Shown: one piece after another, positions 1 to 15,000 of the stretch
Position numbering within the stretch: position 1 is the stretch's first letter
Layout: each line of letters begins with the position of its first letter
NCBI GenBank assembly: GCA_964057225.1
Contig: OZ059899.1
Span: 14,694,001-14,758,000 of the forward strand
Direction of reading: 5' to 3'
Length of the DNA: 64,000 nucleotides
Source: Auanema rhodensis
Lineage: Eukaryota > Animalia > Nematoda
Made by a program: the position numbers and the translations under genes
The notes under the pieces: model-generated
The model's input: only the letters and a program-made list of their open reading frames with translations
Databases searched by the model: none
What the model was told of the DNA's origin: nothing

Positions 1-2388
<2,388 letters not shown>

Positions 2389-2844
2389 GCCCTTTGACGG
2401 TGGATCGCATTAACCTGCAATACAGCAATATGGTCGAAGTATATACGGGGTGTTTCAAATAAAAAAATATCATCGTATTACGAGTTTAGATTGTAAAAAT
2501 AATATTTCTTATTGAAAAAAATAAGAAAAAAATAAAAAAAACAAGTTATAATAAGTAAAAATAATAGTTCAAGCCAATAGACAGGCTGTGTGATGATGTG
2601 ACAACGATCAGAATATGACATGATTAAACTTGACTAAGCCGGCAACTTTTTAACAACTTTTTCATACATCTAAAGAAAAGAATAATAAGTTTTTTTTCTT
2701 TTTATTAGAAGAAATGGAATAAAAATATGAAATAAAATGAAATTGATGATGACACAACAACTACTAAGCAGGGAGAACAAACTAAAAAATGGAAGAAACA
2801 GATAATTGCCATCTGACGACGGACGGTTGTCATCTGGGTTGTTG

Positions 2845-2848
<4 letters not shown>

Positions 2849-2901
<53 letters not shown>

Positions 2902-2931
2902 GGGAGAGAGAGAGATAGAGAGAGAGAGAGA
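2849..2931. repeat. (GA)n microsatellite
   Basis: Directly visible near-perfect GA run. Confidence 0.95.
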
Positions 2932-3473
2932 AAATTCTCATCTAACTCCTCATTACTACCAAATTTCTATTTTTACATAAAAAGAAATTCTCAGCAAAAT
3001 CAAAACAATTCAACGTTTGCCTTGTTGTTTTCAGCTTCTACGAGAACGAATTGAGCTTCAAGCTATGTCGTTCTCCGAAGACGATGACGATAGGATTGAT
3101 AAAGTTTCGTTAAGAACTCTGATGACTGAAGGAGATCATGTAGGGAAAGTTGAAAGTGAAGAAGTATTTGAATTCGAACTCATATGCTCATGTTCGTTTC
3201 AGGTCCATAACAGCACATTACTTCGAGGAAAACTTTTTTTTTCGACTATTTACATGAAAAGTTGCAAGAAATGACTTCGTGATATCATTGAAATACGACG
3301 TACGACGATGCCACCTGCTCATAAATTATTAAAAAACATTCAAGAACGTCGTCCAGAATGACGACATGCTATAATAAGCGAATGATATGCGATTTCAATA
3401 ATGCTCAATCAGTATCGTCACGATATCTTTCGATTTTTGTCCTAAAGAGGTTATCTTTAGGTAAAATCCGCCT

Positions 3474-3477
<4 letters not shown>

Positions 3478-3530
<53 letters not shown>

Positions 3531-3541
3531 TTCTCTCTCTT
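3478..3541. repeat. (CT)n microsatellite
   Basis: Directly visible. Confidence 0.95.
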
Positions 3542-4172
3542 TCTCGTTTTATCTGTCTTACTGATGAATTTCAGATTGAAAAGTAGTAGCAACAGCATGA
3601 GCAACAAGTATATGAAAAGCTCCAAAAAGTAATAAGAAGATAGTTTGAAAATAAATAAAATGAACCATAAAATAGGTTTTTTTCGGAGGGACAAATAAAA
3701 GAAATAGACTGGAGTTTTTCTCGTCTTCAATACCTTTTATATTGGAAAAGAAATAACTGATTTTTGTTCATCAAATATGATAAACAAGAAAAAAAAGAAC
3801 TATAAAAGTTCGGATAAAAACTAGGAGAGAGAGAGAGGGATGAAGTGAAGAAGGAGAAAGAGAAAAAGATCTTTCTTCTTCTCGCTCTTTTTCATTCTAC
3901 CACTTCAGTGCACATACACACGCACATTACATGCATTTGTCAACATTACATACAACAAAGGTACTCAATGCCATCAACAACACTGTTATAACGTGATCTT
4001 CTCTAATATTCTTGTAGTTTGGAGCATGTCGACCAGCAAGGCTGTCAGCATGACTGAATTGCTGGTGCGGAATCCGGACGATGCACTCTGATTTCTTGTT
4101 GTGTATGTACGTCATCATCATCATATACAAACAGCCAATGATGGAGTCTGTACATCTATTTTTGGCTCTTTT

Positions 4173-4230
4173 CGTCAACGTCCTCGTCGTGGTGGTCGTC
4201 GGCGTCGTGGTGGTCGTCGTCGTAGTAGTT
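4173..4230. repeat. Imperfect (GTC/GTG)n trinucleotide tract
   Basis: cgtcctcgtcgtggtggtcgtcggcgtcgtggtggtcgtcgtcgtagtagt. Confidence 0.75.
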
Positions 4231-4679
4231 ATAGATGTTCGTTCGTGGTATAGGGGTTTACTGGAAGAAGGCTAGGGTTGAAACCACAATACACATGTGG
4301 ACGATGTTAAAAACATTCTGATGGGCATGGATGATGAAGGTTGTGATATGTGTTAGGAGGGTGGGGGTGAATGATGGGGGTTAGCACGGCTGCAGGCTAT
4401 TTCGACGCAGACTAAATGCTGATGAGGTGAGGTTAAGCATCAAGACGGATGCGCTCGCGGAAAGTGGTAGAAGATGATTGTCTTAAAGAAGGAAGAGAAA
4501 CAGCTTGTTTTTCCTTTATTATTTTCTTATTTCTGTCTTTTCTTCAAATTTCGAGCTGAAACCAGTTTGATTGTTGAACGAAGTCACCAAAAATTTTTTT
4601 CTGAAAAAAAAGAAACTTTCTAATACAACATCAGCTGAGATCGTTGCATTTTATGAAAACAGCATAACGTTCCTCAGAT

Positions 4680-4682
<3 letters not shown>

Positions 4683-4723
<41 letters not shown>

Positions 4724-4737
4724 AAGAGAGAGAGAGA
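4683..4737. repeat. (GA)n microsatellite
   Basis: Directly visible. Confidence 0.95.
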
Positions 4738-5566
4738 AATCGTTAAGTAAGTTGACATAAGTGCATTTGGATAATGGCGGTAAGATGATGTTGTGATGTC
4801 TTCGCAAGAAATGGCGAACATGATGACAGGTTAGCAAGGGCAAAGTTAAGGTGGTCTAGTTACATCTTACAGCAAATTAGTTGTTGCCAACAAGCGAGTA
4901 CTACTGTCCGAGAACCGGTTTATTCTGACCCCATCCAACTTCCCATAAACATTAGTTTGTTTCGTATTCAGGGTTGTTGAATTTGACATTTTTACCCGAA
5001 TTGTCTCCTCATATCTGGGTGTGTTCTGAAGCCAACCGTCATAGACATGTACGTGATGCACACATACACACAACATCCACACATAATCAAGGACGACAAG
5101 AATTTATTGAAAAAAATGGATCATGAAGCTTATGTTGATGATATACAAGAAGTAAAAGAACATTGATGTTTAAGAAATAGGAATGAATGAATAGAATAGA
5201 ATAGACATTTTCTTTCTTAAATCTTATATTTCAAAAAAAATTTTTTTAAATTATAAGAAATGAAAGAACTTTTTGTTTTGTTTTCAAATATTCACATAGT
5301 ATATTTATGTTTTTCTATTATAAAGTACATAACAAGAAGTTAGTAATAGTTTGAACTATTGATGTAATCGGGTCAAATCTAATTTTTTTTTTGTAAAAAG
5401 TACTTCAATGAAAAAAAAATTTTATACTTTTATTGTCTTTAATGAATTATATTTGCTTATTTTCTAATCAAATACAAAAAACAAACATTTAAAAACATGA
5501 AGGAAATAACATGACATTTAGTACTTGCCCTCACAATTACATTCGTCATTTCCTGACACCCCCTCC

Positions 5567-5600
<34 letters not shown>

Positions 5601-6152
5601 TTGAATTTAATCTATTTTTGTTTCTTTGCTTCAAGAAATGAAAGGAATATAGAAACATATAAAGATCTAAGATGAATATAGAAGGAAAAACCTGCCAATA
5701 AACACAAGCTACCTTCTCCTCATAATCATCAACATCATCATCATCTTACAGTCCAAATGTTTCTGACATCTACTCATTTTAGGCAACAGAAAATGGAAAT
5801 AAAAGTTTTCTTTTCTAAGAAATAAGGAAAAAATAAATTTTCGATTGATATTGAATAAAAAATATATATAAATTACAATAAAATAGAAGAATTTCAATAA
5901 TGAAATTGTAAAAAAAAAGAAAAAAAGAAAAAATAATAAACAAAAAGATATTTTATAGTCAATGACATGTTGTTCATTCATTTATTCTCAGAGTGAGCAT
6001 TGAGCTATTTAAGGCAAATTATCGTGAATAGGCAGAATCTTTAATGACGGATCCTTGTACTCATCTGACAACTTGACTGACATCCACGTGTCATTGTTCA
6101 GAAGTAAGATACCAGTAAGAAGCATTTAATTTTTTCCGATTTATATCCTGCT

Positions 6153-6153
<1 letters not shown>

Positions 6154-6210
<57 letters not shown>
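6154..6210. repeat. (GA)n microsatellite followed by a G-run
   Basis: Directly visible. Confidence 0.95.
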
Positions 6211-8872
6211 AGGAAGAGTTAGTTAGATATGTGTGTGTGGTGGGGCTATATAGAACATATAAAAGAATGACGACAACAGATAAGTTGAAGTCAACATCAG
6301 TGATTTGTTGTGAAATAAGATCAAACAGTTCCATTTGAATGTTTTTGCTAATTAACATCATGTTAACATGATGTTAACTATATGTATAATTTATAATTAT
6401 ACATTATATGAATTCTTATGAAGAATATAAGATGTACGATTTCCATCTACTTTCTGTTTTGATAAAAATTCTATTTTAAGCAGAAAAATTGTTTAAAAAG
6501 CAAGTGTGAATGCTTCTGAGATGTAAAGGACAGAAGAAATAAATTGAATTCAAGAGCAGGTGAGTACAGCTCTTTTTCAAAATTTTCCTTTTTCGTTTTC
6601 ATTTGCAAATCAGACTATACAGTGACGTAAGAATTTTTAAAGTTCTAGAACGAGCATGATGAACTTTGATGTAAGTATTGGTCATAACCAGCCAGCTATA
6701 GCCTTTATATAGCTTTCTGCTCATGAGTTATGACTAGTACATGCATCTATTCTCAGATTCACCTTCACCTAATGCCTCTAACACGTCGCTTTCAATAAAA
6801 GATGAATTTGGAAGTAAAGAGTAAGTTTTAAACAACAAAGTTGGTGAGATAGTAGTTTTATGTCCATTTTGTGATTACATAAATGTTAAATAAGTTGCTG
6901 AATATGGAAATGAGCCATATAAAGGCAATTAACTTAATTGAGTTCTAATCGAACAATGTTTTAGGTGCTAGGTGAGGTGTGAAGATGAAGAAAAGCTTTT
7001 TCAATTGACTTATCCATTCATAAAATTAACATTCAAGGACAGAATATTAAAGTTACCTATAGAAAACACAACCGCTCATCTCGCGCATATAAAGCAAAAT
7101 GAATTAAACCATAAAGTACAGGGAAAGGTGGGTTGATATGAATTTGAATGAATTTACGTGAAGTTCAACATACGTATGTATCTCAATGCTTACATGCATA
7201 TATAAAGTCAAATGAAGAGACAATACTTTAATTTGAAGAAAGAAAAAAAACAAAAAGATTAGGGTCACATAACAACAAGTTTATAGACTTTTAGCCCTAC
7301 AATCTCTCTCTTTCTCTTTCCCTCTCTACCTCTCTCTCTACCTCTTTCTCAATCTCTTTCTCCCTCCCTCTCTCTTTTTCTCTTTCCCTCTCTTAATGTC
7401 ACCCTCACCCACACATCCCCGCCAAAACTGAATCCGGCTGTGGCAGATTGGCTGTGCTGCTGCGCACAAGAGCGTATAGGAGAGAGGGGGGGGGGGGTAG
7501 GAATAGGAATAACCGGAAAATGAAATAAAAAAATTGCTGCTACCACAACTGCTGTTGAATATAAAAGAGAATAATAATAATTATTATTATTATGTGATTA
7601 TTCAAAAATAACAGATGAAAAAGATAATGAAGATTGTACAAATATACAAATAAATTTTAACTCGAAATGTGCCATTTGATGTACACATAACATGAGATCA
7701 GACATCTTTCCTCTTTTCTTTCGTTTTTTTCTGATTTTAAACACAAAAAATATATATTATAATGTTATTAGATATAGTTAAAAAAGATAAATTAGTTAAA
7801 ATCAAAGAAAAAATACATAGAAATTGATGGAAAAAAAGGATGTTAGGATAGATGTGGGAATAAAAGCTCGAAAGAGAGTATACTATCCTCGCAGAATGTA
7901 CAGAGAGAGAGAGAGAGAAAAACAAAGATGAAAACGTTACGGAGTACCTGAGTTAACGCTTGAATGAATTATGAGATATACACTTAGTAATTGGTGTTTC
8001 CGAACCTCAGAGCATCATCATCATAGTACGTCATTCACTTACGTTCTCTCTCTCTTTCTCTCTCTCTCTCTCTGTATTGTGTAGTTCCCTCTATCAAGTA
8101 TTAAGTGCAGATGCTTCCTTCTTAAAGCAATGAAAGGACAAAGCTTTTGACAATTAAATATGTCAAACTCAAGACTCAATTCATATGTGGAAGGAAAAGC
8201 CAATGATGTTATAACGAACACACATGCTGCGGCCATCTAACAACTTGAAACATTGAGATGTTTTATCTAAAAACTGCAAAAGAATAGAATACATATGGTT
8301 TGACACGAGTAAGTGAAAAAAGCTATAAGCTTGAGGTTTTTGGTAATCGTCCAGCTTCAACTGCTGTTGGAGATGTCGAACAAGAATGATATAGCTTCCT
8401 TGTATGGGCAGCTGTTGGAAAAATGCCATAAAATAACAGAAACAGCTCCCACGACAACTGTGGCCCACAAATGAATGAGAGCCTTGAAAAAGTTGGAAAA
8501 GCATAATATACTGAACTTTCTGTGAAATAAAGCTGTCTAATAGCTAGAGCTTTAAGCGAGTGAATCTGCAGGTAAGCTGAAGACGATGAAACATGACAAT
8601 CCATTAAAGAAGTTTCCTAATACATCAGAAAACATATGAGGTAGATTACAAGGAAAAATAAAAACTGAACCCACGATTCAGGAACAAAAATGAGTAAAAC
8701 AAGGGGGAAAAATAGAGGAAAGACAATGTCTTGCCTATAAAATCATGTTGAACACTTGCCAGACAAACATCATCCTGTATATGTAGCACAACCTACTATG
8801 CTCTTTTTTCTTTTTACAATCACAAAGAAACTCTCACTCCAATCACTTAGTTTTTCTTTTTTTTCCATCCTT

Positions 8873-8879
8873 CTCTCTA

Positions 8880-8910
<31 letters not shown>

Positions 8911-8961
8911 CCTCTCTCTCTCTCTCTCTCCCTCTCTCCCTCTCTCTCTCTCTCTCTCTCT
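8873..8961. repeat. (CT)n microsatellite
   Basis: Directly visible. Confidence 0.95.
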
Positions 8962-11317
8962 TTCAATATATTCTACTCTTTATATCACATAAAATATAAA
9001 AAAGTTAGTATCTTTTCAACGAAAACAACAAGAAATCGGTAAGTTTCATCGTATGAGTTAAATATAAGAACAAACAAAAATACAAAGACATGTATACGTA
9101 TTTATTTGGACAAAAAAACTTATAAGGTAATTGAGGTATTGACTTCTAAACTTTTGTTCTAAAAAGAAAAAGACAAAACGTTGGAAATACTAAGAATAGC
9201 CGACAACCTAGGACGTTTAGCCGCTGCAAAGGGGATTCATTTTGTTTTTGTGGTGAAAAAAGATCATCGTTTCTTTCTTAGAAGTATGAAGAATCCAATG
9301 ATGAGGCATGGGAACGATGACTGAACGATTGGGGCAACGATTCGATTCATCGTTCTCACATCGAAACGCATCTCTATCCATCTCCTACCGATGTATGAAG
9401 CTTCGAGAATCAAAAAGACTAATTATCGGTTTCTCTTTTTCATCTTTTTCATTTTTCATTCACTCATTCCCCTCTGGCCTCGTTGAAATCCGCGCATCGT
9501 CAATTGACGCCATCTGTAATCTATGGCTAAGCTTAAAGATGCCTCAGGGCAGTACAAAACCCGAATGACTGCAGGATTTGCAAAGAGAAAGAGTAAGAAA
9601 AAGAGATTTGAATAGCAAGAAAGAGAGTAAAGAAAATGTAGAGAATGATAAAGAGAGAGGGTTAAAGATATACATAGAGAGAGAGGGGGGATGGAGAGAG
9701 AAATAAAGAATAGGGTGAGAAACATTTGAGAAACGAAGAGAAAAGGAAAGAGAAAAAAAACATTTTAAAAGGTGTAAGAGACTCATTAATGCTTTATGAG
9801 AAAAAAAGTTCAGATTTCTTTCAATTCAAATTGGAAAAAGCTTCAGAAAAAGTTTTATGTGTTTGGGTAATACTTCAAACTAAAGGTATATCGTTCGAAA
9901 GCAAACGCGTTCCAATGAGATGAATAGGTCATGAAGGTTTATGATAACTGGCCATTAGTACCTTTGGTTCATCTAACTGATAAGAAAAGTAAGAATGAGG
10001 GAGACGAAGAAGGAGGGGAGGAGAGAGGAAGAGCCACTAGCAGAGAGCATGACCAGTGTTTAAACCAACAAAAAAGAGATAGTTGTGGAGCGAAACGCTG
10101 ACAGCCAGCACAATAGCGGTCAAACAATATGAAAAATGATTTTGGAATTGATATGAAGCATGTTCAAGTTAAGTCAGATGGTATGAGCTTGATGAATAGA
10201 AGGAGGGAAATAGGAAGAAAAATAAGAGGGAAGCGGGTGGGAGGGCAGAAGAGAGAGAGAAATAGAGAGAGTGAGGGAGAAAACGTTTGAGAGAGAAATA
10301 AGAAGGGTTGTCAAAGGCGGCGACGACGTCCACCACAAGGAAAAAGAGGATGATGAGATGATGATGGTGATGATGAAGAATGGAGAAATGGAGAAGACGA
10401 AGAAGAAGAAGAGCCAAGATGAAAACGACCAGAAGGGGGAGAAGAAGAAGAAAAATTCTGTGGAAGAAGTCTTACAGCATTACTCTCATTCCTAGACATT
10501 CTAACACACTCTCTCACCATGCAACTTCTGCAAATTCGCGCAAATGTCCTGAGGGGATAACATTGGCCGTCTGGTTGCGGACATACTGAATTCAGAACAA
10601 TCCACCAAAGAAGGCAAGAAGAAAGAAAGACGACTACACTAAGAAGCATCATAAGCTCACGGTGATGACTGTGATGATGGCTTTCGGAAGACCAGACAGG
10701 ATTTGAACAAATGGAGAGTAGGCTCGTAATGTTAGCGTATGAAGGCAGAAAAGTTAAGAAATGACTCAAGAATGATGAAGGAAAAAATTGTGAAAAAGGG
10801 AAAAACGGGAAGAAATTAAATTCATAGAAGAGTAATGACAGAAATATTCTCAAGTTTATGATGATGGCGATAAACTATGTGACAACGGGAATATTTGAGT
10901 TCTCCACCTACAACGAGAAAACGTCCATGAAGAAGACAACTTAAGATCAAAAAAAAAGAAGAAAAAGTATATGAAGAGAAAGATGTGATGAGGATGATTG
11001 CTCGTAGAAACAATTGAATACCTCCAGCATCAGAAGTGGCTGCTGTCTGCTGAAACAAAGAAGCACATACACATTGAATTGTGACAATGACGATGAAGAT
11101 GAGGATCGAATATGAAGAACAACGATGACCAGGAATGGTCTGGACGAATGATGGGAACACCAGCTTATGAATACAATGATGACGTAAAAAGTGAGCAGAA
11201 ACATTGACAAGTATTGATATAAAAGGAGAGGGGGGGGGTGATAGGAGCATAGCTGGGAGGTCAGGACAACAGTTTGAAGCTTGATACCACTTATGCACAT
11301 AAGCTCTTAGATGTACC

Positions 11318-11320
<3 letters not shown>

Positions 11321-11371
<51 letters not shown>

Positions 11372-11382
11372 AAGAGAGAGAG
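11321..11382. repeat. (GA)n microsatellite
   Basis: Directly visible. Confidence 0.95.
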
Positions 11383-12030
11383 AAACGAAGTTAAAAAAAA
11401 AAGAAGAAAAATCTTAAAATTCTAATGAATTTAAAAGTTCCAATTGTATATTCAATATCTAACTGAAGAAACAAACGAATAAAAAAAAAGAAAAAATGAC
11501 ACTGAAAGCTGCTAAAGAAAACGGTGAAAGCACGAAAGTGAGAAAGATAGAGTCGAGAAGATTTCAATTGCACTTTTTAAGAAAAAAAAATGAATGTATT
11601 GCTAGGCATAGGACGAATATGTATGCTTGCAATTGAATAAAACCTGCATATATCTGGTTTTCAGTAAAACGAAAAGGTAAAAAGGAAGAACATACATACA
11701 TTATAGATTTTTCTTTGTTTTTATTCTGAAAAATAATGATGTAAGAAGAAGAACATCAACAGCTTCTCATTAATCATTGTGAGCTTAACAACAAATCAAA
11801 TTTTATAATGACAATCGCATTTTATTCGAAAAAAAAAATTGAATTGAAGGTTGAATCTATGAATGGTGTGAATACATGGCATGTGTAAGAAGAAGAAATA
11901 TAAGAAGAGTTCCTTATATCATCTTTTTTCTTTTTTTTTTCTATTTTTTTTTTGTCAAAAAAAAAATTTCTATATTTTAAAAATTAAAATCTATATCAAT
12001 TTCAAAAATGCTAATTAGATAACTAAAAGT

Positions 12031-12072
12031 TCACGTATTTCACGTAATTCACGTGAAATTTCACGTGCACGT
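12031..12072. promoter_or_regulatory. Cluster of five CACGT cores containing the palindromic double E-box CACGTGAAATTTCACGTG (12050-12067)
   Basis: Motifs seen directly; function inferred. Confidence 0.45.
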
Positions 12073-15000
12073 ATCAGAGACAAACTGGCAGGGTATTGCC
12101 TTTCATTTTTTTTCACACATTCGATATAGAGCAGTTGAATTCCGAAGTTGCAGGTCGTTTTAGTAAAAGAAAAAGCATGCGGTGCAATTGCTTGTGATTT
12201 TAAAAGTTTTGATCTTACTAAATTTTAACTTTCGTTTTTTTTCAAAACCGTTAGAATATGGAGATACGGAAAAAGCTCAGATTTTCATGTTTTTGTGAAT
12301 ACATAAAACTAACTGAAGTAGAAGAAGGGAAAGTGAAAACAGAGCTGAAGCTGCATCGTTTGTTCTATGGATACGGATTTCTTAGTGAAAAGCTAAGCAA
12401 TGAGATAAGAAAGGAATATGTATATAAGAAAGTCAGTAAAATTGGCAAAATATGAAATAAGAAAAAAAGGTAATAACTATTGAATTCTTATCAAATTTAA
12501 CATAGGGAGAGGATACAGGAAGAAGGAAATCAACAATTGCTTGAACAACTACCTTGTTCCAACATCTCAATTAGTCTTTCGCTTTTTCTTTTTTTTAAGA
12601 GCAACGTGTGCTCATTTTCTTTTCTTGAAAGTCATCTCTCTTCTTTAAATCGTTTGTTCCATTTCAATTGAACGTTCGAAACATAGGTGGCCGTTAAGCT
12701 TCGGCCTCAAGGCATGTTCAATTCCAAGAAAAATAGAACAGCAGCCATCTTTTTCAAGCATGTTCGAAACACATTGGATAATCTTGGTGAATGGCATAGT
12801 AGCGCGTTCAGAATATATTCAAGCTTCAAAATAGGTAAGTTTATGTCATGACATAAGGTTTGATGAAGTTGAAAGCAGCTAAAAGACCCTGTGTTTGCGA
12901 GCACATGTGCTATCTGAGCACAGTTTCGTAACATGATGTTCGGAGAAATTCGAAAGCTAATTTCGCCATGTTTCTTGATAATTCTTTTGCTTTAAGCTTA
13001 AGAAGTTAATAACGAAAACGAATTAAGAAAGCTAGTTAAACACTTGCACCAAACTATTTGTCTGAAAGATCGCATTTCTCTCATTTTTCATGTCTTTTAT
13101 ATTTTCGTTTCTTTTCTCAATCTGCCAATCTTGTAATCTTTGCCGAAAAAAAAAGTTTATTATCTGATTACGTGAATGACATTCATCATCTCATAAGCTA
13201 CACAGTGCTCTTCTGTCAATAAAGCTTATCGATGTACATGTGTCGCCTGTCTGCTTGAATCCGTCGGAAGACTTTGCCGAACATCATCATCATCATGCTT
13301 TGCTTTGCTTTGTTTTAATGTCCTTATATTCAACTCTTTCTGTCATATTCATATAAGACATTTTCAATACGAATATGTATATCATTGCGCGAATGATGTC
13401 ATTGCTTCAGTCGAGCGTATGAGGAGCATCGCCGTGAGATTCTCAGGTATCGCTTGCACATAAGGTGGGCTAGCATATTCTACGACATATTTCTAGTAAT
13501 TTGAGTGATATTTGTGTTTGTTGATCTTCAACAAAAAGATTAATGTGAAATTTGGAAAGCATAAACTGTAGAACTGTATTGAAAGGTTGGATGTAGCATC
13601 GATATGCTGCTTACCTAGAAGGTAGACAGGCGTTTTGTGTTCTGTGAAGTCTGATAAAGCTAAAGGAATTGCTAAATAGACGACAAACAATGCTTTAGCT
13701 ACGGTCATTTGCAATTCGACGTAAAATTTCGAAGCCACAACTGCAAGAAAAGTAGGAACAATTCAGCAAAAAAACATCTAGCAGGCAGTTGGTTCGCTTT
13801 TCTTTGCTCATCAGTCCTCTTTTGAGGTCCCACTTCACTCACTGACTCACAGTATTTTTGTGCGTAAAAGGGGAGATGAAAGCTAGGAAGCATGCTAGAT
13901 GAAGAAGTATGATGTGAAGAAGAGAAAAGAGAAGAAATAAGGTATTCCAGAAGACGAGAGAGGTAAAAGAAAAAAAGAACAACTTGGAACACAGAAAGAA
14001 GTATTTCCTCATAAAATTTTTAATTTTTCGGAAATAGGTTGACATTCATGTTTAGTCGATAGCAACAGACATGTGAAATGTTTAGATTTTAGTAACATTA
14101 CATAAAAAGAAAATCATCTGTCGCTCGAAGTTGTATACGGACGCATGTAATACCCCCGTATCAAACTCAACGGCTGATGAAAGTGTAAAAAAGGACAAAT
14201 AGTTGTTTGAAACCAGTGATTAGAATTAAGATACACAAGAAAATAACTATTTAGAACTATAAGAAGACTTATGAAAACAGCAAAAAGTGAAGAAGGCACA
14301 CTTAGTGAAGGATGGAGCAGCAGAATGGATGGATATTTAGAGAAAAGGGGAGAGGTGACGTTTGAAAACACAGACAAAAATAGTTTGCTGAGGTTACACC
14401 TCAGAGTTGTTTGACAAGTGAGAGCAATTGGTTCAAAGCTTTGGATGATATATGAACATGTATCATTGAACGATACATACACATGTACCACAAGCTTGAA
14501 GAAACAAATGGATGATAAAAAGAACTTGAATGATAGAAAAGAAAGACAGAGAGAGAGAGAGTAATAGAAAGAAAAAAAGAACAACTGCAATGAACGAAGA
14601 AGAAAAAATTAGAACAGCGAAGGAGGTTCACTGCTAGATTAAGAGAAAGTGGTATTTAGAGAGAAAAAGAGATGAAAAGAGGGAAAATGAAAAAAAATCA
14701 GAGAGAAAAATAAAGAGAGCGAAAGAAATTTTTTAGAGAGGGAAACAGAGAGAGAGAGAAAGAGAGAGAGGGAGAGAGAGAAAGTTCGAAGAAAAAACTT
14801 AGCTCTGTTGCCCCCGGATGTAGAGAATGCAAGTTAGGCTCTGAGGTCCCTTGAGACGAGCAGCCGAACACTCATCAGATACACGAGACGACACTGAAAA
14901 CATTCGCCGGCTCACTCTCGGGGACTCCTCCTTCATCATCGACAACGAGGCCAAATGTGCATCTTCTTCCGTTCCAGGAGAACAAAAAGCGGAATAACTT

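Noticed and set aside
12689-12706. GGCCG-TTAAGCTT-CGGCC inverted repeat as a possible programmed DNA-elimination break motif
   Set aside because: Short single copy with no adjacent telomere addition or repeat boundary; cannot be supported from sequence alone.
14846-14870. Resemblance to the lin-4/miR-125 5' end (TCCCTGAGAC)
   Set aside because: An extra T breaks the seed, the 3' part does not match, and I see no precursor hairpin.
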